Origin: a virus
Strand: one strand, 5' to 3'
Virus record (IMG/VR): IMGVR_UViG_3300045131_002463
Coordinates: 34,050-98,049 of that record
DNA: 64,000 nucleotides
Shown: in pieces, positions 46,455 through 56,800 of the stretch
Position numbering within the stretch: position 1 is the stretch's first letter
Layout of the letters: each line of letters begins with the position of its first letter
The notes under the pieces: generated by a model
What the model saw: the letters and a program-made list of their open reading frames with translations, nothing else
Databases searched by the model: none
Told to the model about the DNA's origin: nothing
Translations under genes and position numbers: made by a program

Positions 46455-46468
46455 TCTAAGGACACAAT

Positions 46469-47902
46469 TTGGCAGAGCCCCTATTTAAAAAATTACCTGA
46501 TATCTGGAAAGACTTAGATTTTAAGGTAAGTGATGTCATATTAAATGACGAGTGCCAAGCTTGTGGCTATTCTATAGAAGAAGATTATTTTAGTACAAGG
46601 TGTCCCCAATGTGGTAAGCTTATTGGGGGGAGCGGGTTTTTAGAACGCTTTTTGCATGTACCTGATGCGGGTGTTAGAAAGATAGAGGACTTAGTAGCAG
46701 AGCTTTTACGGGCTCATAATATAGAAAAAATACGTGAGCGTTTTGTTCCTATTTTAGATGCTCATACTGGACACAGATGGAAGGATACTAAGTCTTATCA
46801 GTGGAATAGAAATAGATCAGAAGTATCAATAACAAGGGCTTCTTATAAAGGAAGTAGGTTATGTATTGAGGATTTAGCTAAAGAGCACGGATCTTCTTTT
46901 TGTACAATTGTTGATATGTCATCTAAGGTTCTTGTAGAAAGTAAACAAGGAACTTATGGCGCAGATGATAGCTGGTATTTTGATAGTGATTATTATCATC
47001 CCGGTGTTTATGTTGTTTTTATGTCAGAGGACATAAACATAGCAGACTTTGAAGAAGATTTTCAATATGTTAGACCCGCTGGAACAAAATGGATAATTAA
47101 ATTATCTGTTGCTGATTTTCATACTGCTATAGATGTTTATGGGCACGGGGATACGGTAGCATTAATCGGTGCTACTTACGATTATAGCTATAAAGAATTT
47201 TACGATCATATACCCCAGGTTGCATGGGATCAGCTCCCAATTGATACTAGATGGGACACACTTTCTGATTCTCATCCTCATATCTTTGGGCAGTCTACAT
47301 ATGATTATGCAGGACAGCTTCCTGTAGAAGATAAGGTATATCCGCTTACTTGGCCCGGGCTAAACACAGGAGTATCTAGTAGATATGGAAATAGTCTATA
47401 TAACTATATACAACAGAAGTCTGTACAACCTACATTACAATTAGATTATAATTTTTCAGTAACTGTTACTGGTTTATTAGAAGAGAACTCCCTAACTTTT
47501 AGTGAAGGTGAAGAGGGCCTAGTAATAGGTGAGTATATACCGCTAGTTTTAAATTCTAGGCAACCACTAGCCGATCCTACAGTATTTCCTGTAAGCTGGA
47601 TTACACTTAATAATGCAGAATATAATCTTTTTGGTAGTAGTTTCTATAGTTTTCTTCCTCAGGCTGGGCCAGAACCTACAGTTATAGCAACGTGGTGGGA
47701 TAGGTGGGAGTCATTATCTGAGCATACACCTCAATTATACGGACAGGAGTTTTATACATATGGTCTTCAATTACCAGTTGATGTTAAGGAATATATGGTA
47801 GTGTGGGCTAATTTAGATGGTATAGAACTAGATTTAGATTTGGATAGCTTTTATAACTACATTCCTCAGTGGTCTGTAGAACCTTATATAATGGAGACAT
47901 AA
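46469..47902 (+). CDS. baseplate wedge protein (gpI/gp7-like) with Zn-ribbon insert
   Basis: LFKKLPDIW, FLERFL, YKGS, VRPAG; CQAC..CPQC. Confidence 0.65.
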   Translation: MAEPLFKKLPDIWKDLDFKVSDVILNDECQACGYSIEEDYFSTRCPQCGKLIGGSGFLERFLHVPDAGVRKIEDLVAELLRAHNIEKIRERFVPILDAHTGHRWKDTKSYQWNRNRSEVSITRASYKGSRLCIEDLAKEHGSSFCTIVDMSSKVLVESKQGTYGADDSWYFDSDYYHPGVYVVFMSEDINIADFEEDFQYVRPAGTKWIIKLSVADFHTAIDVYGHGDTVALIGATYDYSYKEFYDHIPQVAWDQLPIDTRWDTLSDSHPHIFGQSTYDYAGQLPVEDKVYPLTWPGLNTGVSSRYGNSLYNYIQQKSVQPTLQLDYNFSVTVTGLLEENSLTFSEGEEGLVIGEYIPLVLNSRQPLADPTVFPVSWITLNNAEYNLFGSSFYSFLPQAGPEPTVIATWWDRWESLSEHTPQLYGQEFYTYGLQLPVDVKEYMVVWANLDGIELDLDLDSFYNYIPQWSVEPYIMET

Positions 47903-47904
47903 AT

Positions 47905-48474
47905 ATGACCGCATTTGCTGGAGCCTCGTATGGCTTACGGAGTTTAATTAATTTAGAGCTAAAAAATAATCATGTTTTTTGGATTGTTGTGGGCCAGACA
48001 GGAGATTGGGATGCGGAGCCTACTCCTGATGCTTTTGTACCGGGGGATACTACTATTGAGAACCCTGTGGTAGCAATTAAGCCAGTGGTTATTACTCTTA
48101 CTAGGGAGGTCTCTCAAGCTGATTACAATAATATAGCCGAGGGACACAGAGTTACTGTAGCAATAGAAGGTGTTGTGCACTATTTTGCTTATGTAGAAGA
48201 TGAGAATTATTTATCTGAATACGGAAGATTTCTTTATATGCACGCTGTATATTCTACTCCACTGGGAATGCCCTCTCCTAGCACTGGTACATACAGGCAG
48301 TATTCTGTGTTTGTAGATTTGGTTCCAGCTGCCGGATATGAAGAGGCAGAATGGTTAGACCCAGCTAATGTTGAAGATTATGGTACTTTGATTTATAGTA
48401 ACAAGAGAGCGTCTTTGGCTGTTTCTGAATCAGGTCCTATAGTGGTGTTGCCAGCATTACTAGAGCTAAGATAA
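47905..48474 (+). CDS. baseplate protein (gp8-like)
   Basis: VGQTGDWDAEPTP, YRQ; synteny. Confidence 0.5.
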   Translation: MTAFAGASYGLRSLINLELKNNHVFWIVVGQTGDWDAEPTPDAFVPGDTTIENPVVAIKPVVITLTREVSQADYNNIAEGHRVTVAIEGVVHYFAYVEDENYLSEYGRFLYMHAVYSTPLGMPSPSTGTYRQYSVFVDLVPAAGYEEAEWLDPANVEDYGTLIYSNKRASLAVSESGPIVVLPALLELR

Positions 48475-48523
48475 TTAATTTAATTAATGCAACTAATACA
48501 ATAATATATAGGAGAGTCTACCC

Positions 48524-51500
48524 ATGGCAAATACATTAGCCGATTATTTTCATGATTACAAAGTTAGGGTTTTTGATAACCTTCCTGCTCCAGTTTTATC
48601 AGCCGTTCCTGAAGGTACTTTAGGGACTACAATGTATGAATACAAAGCTACCTTTGAAACACTAGTTGGAGAAAGTCTACCATCTAGTGTTGTTCAAGTA
48701 ACTACTGGAAATGCTACACTTAATGGTACAAATAAAAACGGGCTAAGTGTATTAGAGATTCCTAGCGCTGTTACTAAAGTTAGATATTGGAAAAATTCTT
48801 GGACATACTACACTCAGTCTATAAGAGAGAATTCTACTTCTTATACTTCTGGACAGCATATGGTACTAGAAGAAGATAGTTTAATTAGATATAGATGTAC
48901 CACTACTGGAACAACAGCTTCCTCTATTCCCGCATCATGGCCTACTACTTTAGGTGATACTAAGATAGATGGTGGGGCAGAATGGACAGTAGTAACTAAT
49001 AAGAATGATTCTTGGGCGTTACTTGGAGAAGTAGATCCTGATCCAGGGCAGCTTTATGATATAGGGCAGTCTGTTACAGAAGCAACTGTTCCGACTACCG
49101 ACACTTCTGGAAGACCAGGAGTTATTGCTATTCTCCCTAAGCCAGGAACGATAATTCAGAGAGCGGAACGTATTGATTTTATGTCCTTATTTTCTCAAGC
49201 CCTCCAGGATGGTTTCGACCTTATTCATAAGCCAGGAAGCGTTATTTCTGGATGTGCAGAGCAGTTTGTGAGTGGGACCACATGGAATTTTACCGCCGGT
49301 GTAATGTATTTCTTGGGTAGATTTATAGATGTTCCCGCAGGTCAGGTAATTCTTACTGGTACAGGAACGGAAAAAGTTGGAGTGGTTATAACTCCCCTGT
49401 ATGAAACATCTGATGATGATACTGCATGGAGGTGCCAGACAGATGAGGGTGTACCTGCGGAATTTGCTGGAACCGGCCCAGACGCAATGTACTTTGAATT
49501 CTCATGGGTCAAAGATACAGAGGGTCAGATTAATATTAGAGAGTTTATTGATAATGTTCCTCAGCATATAGTGATATTACCTGATTATACTGTGACAGAA
49601 AGGAAAATTGCTCAGGCAGTATATGATGTCTCTGGCTCCTTCGTGGTGGATAACTTCCCGTTGGAAGTTGTTGAGCATGTATCTAATGCTGCTAAATGTA
49701 CATTAAAGATTAATCCAGGAAAAGCATACCCTAACGGTTTTAGAACTATTACGGAAGCCACACAAACTATAGATTTTGATAGAACACGAGAAGTATCTTC
49801 TGCAAATAACTCAGGACTAGATCCTTTCTCAATCATTGGTGGAAGTGTTACGACTACTAATGAAGAGAATTTTGCTTTTGGTGCAGGTAATAAATATGTA
49901 AAACTGCAGGTGGGGAGCGGGGCGGAACATACAGTAACCTTAACTGGAACGTTGTCTGCTACTGAGGTAAAAACAGCTATAGAGGCAACTCTTAATGCTG
50001 TTCCAACTGATCCTGCTTACGACTTGGTTACGTGTTCAGTAGCTAGTGGATATCTAAATATTAGAGCTATTAATGGTAAGAGTCTTTCAGTATTAGCAGT
50101 AGCTGATGACGCTTATACAGTATTGGGACTTACCGTAGGTGTACATACACCTATAGGAACACGTATATACGAAATAAATGATGATTACATCGCTACTGTC
50201 TCTGATCTTAATTATAAAACTGAATTAGTGGAAGCAAGAACACATAATATTAATACTCATATTGATGCTCTTGTTAATACAGGTGTTGTATCAATACTAG
50301 GAGCAAGTGATACACTTGTGGATGCACATGATCACAATTGGGATTATGCAGAAGGTGTAGACTTTGCTAAAAGCGGTAATAGCATATCTTTTTCTGGTTT
50401 AGGTGGAGCAGAGCCAGCAGGTGGAGCCACTTATTATGTATGCTATGAGTATAACAAGAATGCTGTAAAAGGTGTAAGAACCCTAGTTCATGTAGTAGAT
50501 GCAAAAGTTGTTAAGGGTGCAGAGGACGGCTCGGATGCTCTTACTCTTACAGATGCTACCTCTATAACTAAAGTGATTGATGGTACCGCAGTAGCAGGGC
50601 TAACAGATATAAAGGATGTAGTAGAACTGGTAAAAGTAAATGCTACTGCAGGACAGTCTGCTACTCAGTATACAACCCCGGTTCTTGTTAAGAATTCTAC
50701 GGGGCTAGAGCACGCTACTTCAGAAATAAGTTGGGCCACAGGTGGAACGCAGGGACAGACAGGTACAGGACAGCCTACTACTGGAGCTACTTATTTTGTT
50801 AGTTTCTACATGTGGGCGCATACCACAGAAGGTAATTATGTAAGTGCCGATTCGTATGATATGTACGAGTATATTGAAAGTTTTGGAACTCTTAATCTCA
50901 GAGATTGTATAGATTTTAGAACAACCACAGGTATTCTTCCAGTTCATGGTGAAGATGCCGGATTAGATTATACATATTATCTTGCTCGCATTGATAAATT
51001 GGTTATGTTTGATACAGGCCAATTTAGTCTAGTAAGGGGAGCTCCTGCTCTTAACCCCCCGGTACCTAATACACAAACAGGAACATTAGAAATAGCTATC
51101 ATAAGAATAGCTCCTTATTGTTACACCACTAGAGATGCTCAGATTGTATCATTACAGCCTATGCGTACTACTCAGATTGGTATACAACAGTTAAAGGAAG
51201 ATATTGAAGTTTTAAAGTATACAACTGCGGTTAACAACCTGGAAAAAGAAATTGCTAACCATCCGGCATCTGATGACGCAGTAGGTATTTTTACTGATGC
51301 TCTTACAGGGTTTGGTCGTATGGATTTGCAGTTTGATAAAAATTCTGTAACACACACTGCAGCGTTGGATAGGAGTGCTCAGTGCTTATTGTTACCGGTT
51401 ACAGATCAGGTGGAGCAGATAACTGTTAGTTCAACTGATTCTACAAATATAATTAGAAGAGGTAATACTCTAACTTTATCTTATACTCCAGAGGTTTTTG

Positions 51501-53602
51501 ATTATCAGCCTTATGCAACTTCTACGGTTAACTGTGCGACTGATTTTACGTATGAAAACTATGTTGGTCTTATGAAAATAGATCCAGCAGTAGATCTTTA
51601 TTTAGATGTAAATCAATTACCCCAATTGAACGCAGATTTTGATAATAACCTTAGCCCATTGCTGGATTTTGTTAATCCTATAATGGCTAATAATATTACT
51701 TATGGTAACTGGAATTATCTTAATCAGGCTTGGTATGCTGGAGGGGGACACGGCTGGAACGCCTTTGGGTATTTGTACGGAAGAACCGCCTCTAATCAAC
51801 AACTTGTTCCAGGGTCTATAACTAGAGATTTGGGAGACAGAGTTGTTGATATGACTCTTATTCCAATGATGAGAACTGTAGATGATGCTGGAGACCCTAT
51901 AGTTATTAAGGTAGATGTTAGTAATCTTTTACCTAATCAGGATCATGCTTGCACCATAAATGGAGTAGTTGTTAATTTTGTTTATGATAATACACCAACT
52001 ACACCAAGGGGTGAAGCAGGAACTCATACTTATCAGTCTAAGACAACAGTGCAGTCTGATAATAGCGGTAGATTGACTGGATATTTTGAAATGCCAGCTG
52101 GCGTACCGAGAGGAAGCGTTCCTATAACGGTATTTCATTACTCTAGTCCTATCACTTCAACAGCAACTACAACCTTCTATGGATCTGGTTTTATGCAGAA
52201 TACTCAGCAGACTACCATAGGAATGAATACTCCTGAGATTAGGACTAATACGTGGGATGAGCAGACAGCTTTTTATCATTATAATTATTGGGCAGATCCT
52301 TTAGCTCAGTCCTTTATGGTAAAAGATAGTATAAAATATATTTCAGAAGTGGGGTTATTTTTTAGAACTAAGCATGCAACACTTCCTATTTCTGTTCAGA
52401 TTAGGAACATGATAAATGGTTTTCCTGGCCCAGAAGTTTTAGCTTCCTCTACGGTGGAAGCGGCGGATGTTGTAATTTCTGAGGATGCCTCCGCTGAGAC
52501 TATTTTTGAATTTGAGCACGTTTTAGGCTTTAGGCCGGATAACGAATATTGTATAGTAGTAATGCCTAGCTTAGCTAACACAGGGTATGAAATGTGGACC
52601 GCTAAAGTTGGAGAGGCTGATATAAATTCTGGTATAGTAGTTCCAACACAGACACACGATGGGGTACTATTTCATAGTCCAAATAATAGAACATGGGAAG
52701 CATACACAAAACAAGACGCTAAGATTAATATTTACAAATCTATATTTGAAAATGATTGTCAAATTGTATTTGATAAATTAACCGGTATAGAGGCGTGTAT
52801 TCTTGTTGCACAGGTTGAAGAGTTTTGCGCCCCTGGGACTAGTGTGGTCTGGGCTTACTCACTAAATGATGGAGCTAGCTGGATTCCTTTTAAACCTACT
52901 ATTGATACGATACTAGAGGAAACAATTACTAGTATAAGCCTAAGAGTAGATGTTACGTCTTTAGGTGGATCTTATCAGATGGTAGAGAAGGTAGCTGGTA
53001 TTATTTTCTTGTTACACCAGACTACAGGAACCGCTATTTTTCAGAATCAGATGTTTGCTGACGATTTAAATTATCCTAATAAAGTCACTTGTTTTATGGA
53101 TCTAGATACAGATGGCGTTAATGGCCTAGGGGAAAGAACTATAACTCCTTATTATTCTACGGATGATGGAGAGACCTGGGTGGAGTTAGGAGTAGATCCT
53201 ACTTATACAATAATAGCACAGGACGATCCTTATTGGAGATATAAGTTTGTTACTCCAGGTGAGGCTACGTTGACTACAGCCTCTAATGCGTCTCCTATTG
53301 TAGTAACTTCTGCAGGACACGGATTTAAAGACAATGCAATAGTTACTATTGAAAGTGTTAGCACTAATACTGCGGCCAACGGGGATTGGATGGTTAAGAA
53401 CGCTACTCTTAATACCTTTGAGCTATATGATGAAACTACTGGACTAATTGCTAGCACAGGAAACGGAGCTGGTACTGGTGGTACTTGTGTACTAAAAGAG
53501 TTTGATGACATGAGACCTAGAATAGATCTAATAACAACAAATCAGGCTAGAACCCCAAAGGTTCAGAAAATAAGCTTTATTTGTGGAAGGGTTGAATACT
53601 AA
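48524..53602 (+). CDS. large tail/baseplate protein A (DUF4815-like)
   Basis: SGSFVV, PGKAYPNG, YYLARIDK, DPLAQSF; 1692 aa. Confidence 0.75.
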   Translation: MANTLADYFHDYKVRVFDNLPAPVLSAVPEGTLGTTMYEYKATFETLVGESLPSSVVQVTTGNATLNGTNKNGLSVLEIPSAVTKVRYWKNSWTYYTQSIRENSTSYTSGQHMVLEEDSLIRYRCTTTGTTASSIPASWPTTLGDTKIDGGAEWTVVTNKNDSWALLGEVDPDPGQLYDIGQSVTEATVPTTDTSGRPGVIAILPKPGTIIQRAERIDFMSLFSQALQDGFDLIHKPGSVISGCAEQFVSGTTWNFTAGVMYFLGRFIDVPAGQVILTGTGTEKVGVVITPLYETSDDDTAWRCQTDEGVPAEFAGTGPDAMYFEFSWVKDTEGQINIREFIDNVPQHIVILPDYTVTERKIAQAVYDVSGSFVVDNFPLEVVEHVSNAAKCTLKINPGKAYPNGFRTITEATQTIDFDRTREVSSANNSGLDPFSIIGGSVTTTNEENFAFGAGNKYVKLQVGSGAEHTVTLTGTLSATEVKTAIEATLNAVPTDPAYDLVTCSVASGYLNIRAINGKSLSVLAVADDAYTVLGLTVGVHTPIGTRIYEINDDYIATVSDLNYKTELVEARTHNINTHIDALVNTGVVSILGASDTLVDAHDHNWDYAEGVDFAKSGNSISFSGLGGAEPAGGATYYVCYEYNKNAVKGVRTLVHVVDAKVVKGAEDGSDALTLTDATSITKVIDGTAVAGLTDIKDVVELVKVNATAGQSATQYTTPVLVKNSTGLEHATSEISWATGGTQGQTGTGQPTTGATYFVSFYMWAHTTEGNYVSADSYDMYEYIESFGTLNLRDCIDFRTTTGILPVHGEDAGLDYTYYLARIDKLVMFDTGQFSLVRGAPALNPPVPNTQTGTLEIAIIRIAPYCYTTRDAQIVSLQPMRTTQIGIQQLKEDIEVLKYTTAVNNLEKEIANHPASDDAVGIFTDALTGFGRMDLQFDKNSVTHTAALDRSAQCLLLPVTDQVEQITVSSTDSTNIIRRGNTLTLSYTPEVFDYQPYATSTVNCATDFTYENYVGLMKIDPAVDLYLDVNQLPQLNADFDNNLSPLLDFVNPIMANNITYGNWNYLNQAWYAGGGHGWNAFGYLYGRTASNQQLVPGSITRDLGDRVVDMTLIPMMRTVDDAGDPIVIKVDVSNLLPNQDHACTINGVVVNFVYDNTPTTPRGEAGTHTYQSKTTVQSDNSGRLTGYFEMPAGVPRGSVPITVFHYSSPITSTATTTFYGSGFMQNTQQTTIGMNTPEIRTNTWDEQTAFYHYNYWADPLAQSFMVKDSIKYISEVGLFFRTKHATLPISVQIRNMINGFPGPEVLASSTVEAADVVISEDASAETIFEFEHVLGFRPDNEYCIVVMPSLANTGYEMWTAKVGEADINSGIVVPTQTHDGVLFHSPNNRTWEAYTKQDAKINIYKSIFENDCQIVFDKLTGIEACILVAQVEEFCAPGTSVVWAYSLNDGASWIPFKPTIDTILEETITSISLRVDVTSLGGSYQMVEKVAGIIFLLHQTTGTAIFQNQMFADDLNYPNKVTCFMDLDTDGVNGLGERTITPYYSTDDGETWVELGVDPTYTIIAQDDPYWRYKFVTPGEATLTTASNASPIVVTSAGHGFKDNAIVTIESVSTNTAANGDWMVKNATLNTFELYDETTGLIASTGNGAGTGGTCVLKEFDDMRPRIDLITTNQARTPKVQKISFICGRVEY

Positions 53603-53811
53603 TGGCAAATATTAATCCATTTGATACTGCTCCTTCTGGTTACCAACGAGGAAAAAGGGGCTGGATAGTTCCGGCCCAGACCCCCCAAGCTGCGGTAGCT
53701 AAAAGAGTGCAGAAAGAAAACAAAGAACTAAAAGAAACCTTAGCTCTTTTGATGGAAAAAGTGGACGCTTTATCTTCTCCATCAGAAGGAAAAAAGAAGA
53801 AACAGTCTTAA
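53602..53811 (+). CDS. small coiled-coil protein, paralog of 58917-59099
   Basis: DTAPSGY..GW.VPA.TPQ..ENKELK. Confidence 0.6.
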   Translation: MANINPFDTAPSGYQRGKRGWIVPAQTPQAAVAKRVQKENKELKETLALLMEKVDALSSPSEGKKKKQS

Positions 53812-53843
53812 TTTATTTTGGGAGATTCCCACAGGAGTATTAG

Positions 53844-56800
53844 ATGGCAGCCTCTATGATTGATTTTCTTAATGATTATGATGTCAGGGTGACTGATTTA
53901 TTAGATCCCCCAGTTATGGAGGCTGTAGTTATAGGAGCGGTAGGAACTACTACCTATACCTATAAGGCTACCTTTGTAACAGCGGTGGGGCAAAGTTTAT
54001 TGTCCTCCGCTGTTTCTGTTACTAACGGAAACGCAAATCTTAATGGTTTTTATAAAAACAAATTAAGTGTTTTAAATATACCTCCAAGTGTTAAGTATAT
54101 TAGATTTTGGAAATTAGTAGGGTCTACGTGGACTAGGCTAGGTGACGTTATTCCTTCAATAGGATATATCTATGATACTGGACAAGCGACATCTATATCT
54201 ACTCTACCTACAATTAATACTTCCGGTAGACCAGACGTTATAGCTATAGGATTAAAGCCAGGACAACTAAAACAGCGTATAACTGATATGGATGTTCAGG
54301 CTATGGAATTTCGTAAGAACCAAGATCTCTGGGATACGGTATTTAGAGACGGGGATATAAAGAAGGGATGTAAAGAAAATCAAATAACAGGTCCCTTGAG
54401 AGTTAATTCTACTGCTTATGCAGTGGGAGATGTGGTTATAGTTGACACTGATATCCAGTATAGGTATCGTTGTACCGTAGCCGGAACTTCTAATTCTACT
54501 TTACCTACAGGCTGGCCTACTATAATAGATTCTACCTTCGTAGATGGTACGGTTACTTGGACCCCTATATGTGAATGGACTTTCTCTGAAGGTCAGATGT
54601 ATTTATTTGGGGTTATGATTACTGTTCCAGAAGGAACAGTTTCTCTACTCGGTGACGGTACCGAAGTAGTAGGAGTATCAGTAGAAAGATTAGTATCTAC
54701 TGCAGATGATGATGTAATACAGAGGGCAGGTTTCGATGAAAGGGTACCACCAGAGGCTGCAAACACTGGACCAGATTGGATTTATCTTCAGGTATCTTGG
54801 GGCGTAGATGTTGCAGGCCAGATCCCAGTAAAAGAATTTGTAAATGGTGTGCCTAAGTTAGTTACTGTTCTTGTAGAAAGGTCTAAATTAGAAGTAGATT
54901 TAGCTAGGAGACAGACTGATCATGCTGGAAGTTTTGTAGTTAGAAATTTTCCTCTTCAAGTTGTAGAGCACCCTGATGTTGAGAGTAAACTTGTTCTAAA
55001 CGTGGGCTCAGGTAAAGCTTACCCTAATGGATTTGAGATAGAAACTTACGCTATACAAGAATTACCTTTTAATAAAGCTAGAGATACAAAATCTGAGAAT
55101 AATTCTGGGTTAGACCCTTTTAGTATTCCGGGCGGATCCGCTACAACTATTAATGATGAGACGTTTGATGTTGACGGTCTTTCAATAAAACTAAGTGTAG
55201 GTAGTGGTAATCCGCATACTGTTACGTTTACTGGAGACGGCAAGACAGCCTCTCAGCTTATTACTATAATTGAGAACGCTGTTAATACTTATTCATCTGA
55301 CCCTGATTACGATTTAGTTACTTGTTCAGCAGCTGATGGTTATTTACAAATAAGAGCAATTTCTGGTAAGTCTCTAACATTACACACAGTAACTGACGAT
55401 GCCTATACAGTTCTAGGGCTTACAGTTGGTACTTACCTTGCCAGTGGTACCAGAATATATCCTATTAATAATAATTATATAAAAACTGTAACTGACTTAA
55501 ATTATAAGACAGAAGTTGTAGAGCAAGTAACACACAACGGGAATACACACATAGATCTTTTAGCTAATTCCGGGGTGGTTTACATTGTAGGGGCATCTAT
55601 TACAGAAATGGATGCACACGACCATAAGTGGGACTACGAGCTAGCAACAGATTTTACTAGGGCAGGTAATACTATTTCATTTGAAGGAATGGGGGGTAGC
55701 GAGCCGGTAGCCGGTGCCACTTATTATGTATGTTATCAGTATAATAGGAATGCAATAAAAGGAACTAGACAACTTATACAAGTCATAGACGCTTATGTGC
55801 AAAAGGGTAATGAATATGGTTCAGACCAAATAGTATACACTAGCGCAACAAGTGTTACACGGGTGTATGACGGTACTCCAGTAACAGGAATGTCTGGAGT
55901 GGCTAAAGACGTAGTTGAGCTATTAAGAGTTAATGCTACCGCAGGTCAGTCTCAAACACAGTATCCAGACGCTTCATTATCTAAAAATTCAACAGGAATA
56001 GCACATAATACTTCAACTATAGAGTGGTCAGAAGCAGGGTCTGCTATTAGTGGCGGGCAGCCCGCATTTCATTCTTACTATTATGTATCTTTTACGGCGT
56101 GGAGACATGTATTGGAGGGAGACTACGTAGCTGCAGATTCTTATGATTTATATGATAATATTGAATATTTTAGCACGCTATATCTTAGAGACTGTATAGA
56201 TTTTAGAACAACTTCTCTTTTAGTCCCAGTCCCAGACGAAGACACATCTTTAGATTATGAGTATTATCTAGCACGTGTTGATAAATTGGTACTCAGTGAT
56301 GCAGGTAACTTTAGTTTAATAACAGGCGCTCCTGCTCTTCTTGCCCCAGTACCTCAGGACCAGACTAATCTTTTAACCATTGCAATTATGAGGGTATCGC
56401 CCTATACATACTCAACTTCTGATTGTCTTATAACCTCAACTGAACCTTTAAGAATAACTCAAAAAGGTATAAAAGAATTAAGAGATAGGATAGAAAGATT
56501 AGAATACTGGAAGTCGATAAATGATTTAGAGAAAGAGGTGGCTAATACTTCTGCTGGAGCAGATAGTCAGGGAATGTTTACTGATGCTTTAACTGGTTAT
56601 GGGAGGATGGATTTACAGTTTAATAGGGGCGGTATTTATCATACCGCGGCTTTGGATAGATATATTAGATGTTTATCTTTGCCTACGTATGCTCCTGCTG
56701 ATGCAAGAAATTTGGTTATAGATGATGCTGAATCTACGAATTTTATTCGTAGAGGAAATATGTTAACTTTAGCTTATACGCCAGAAGTATTCGATTCACA

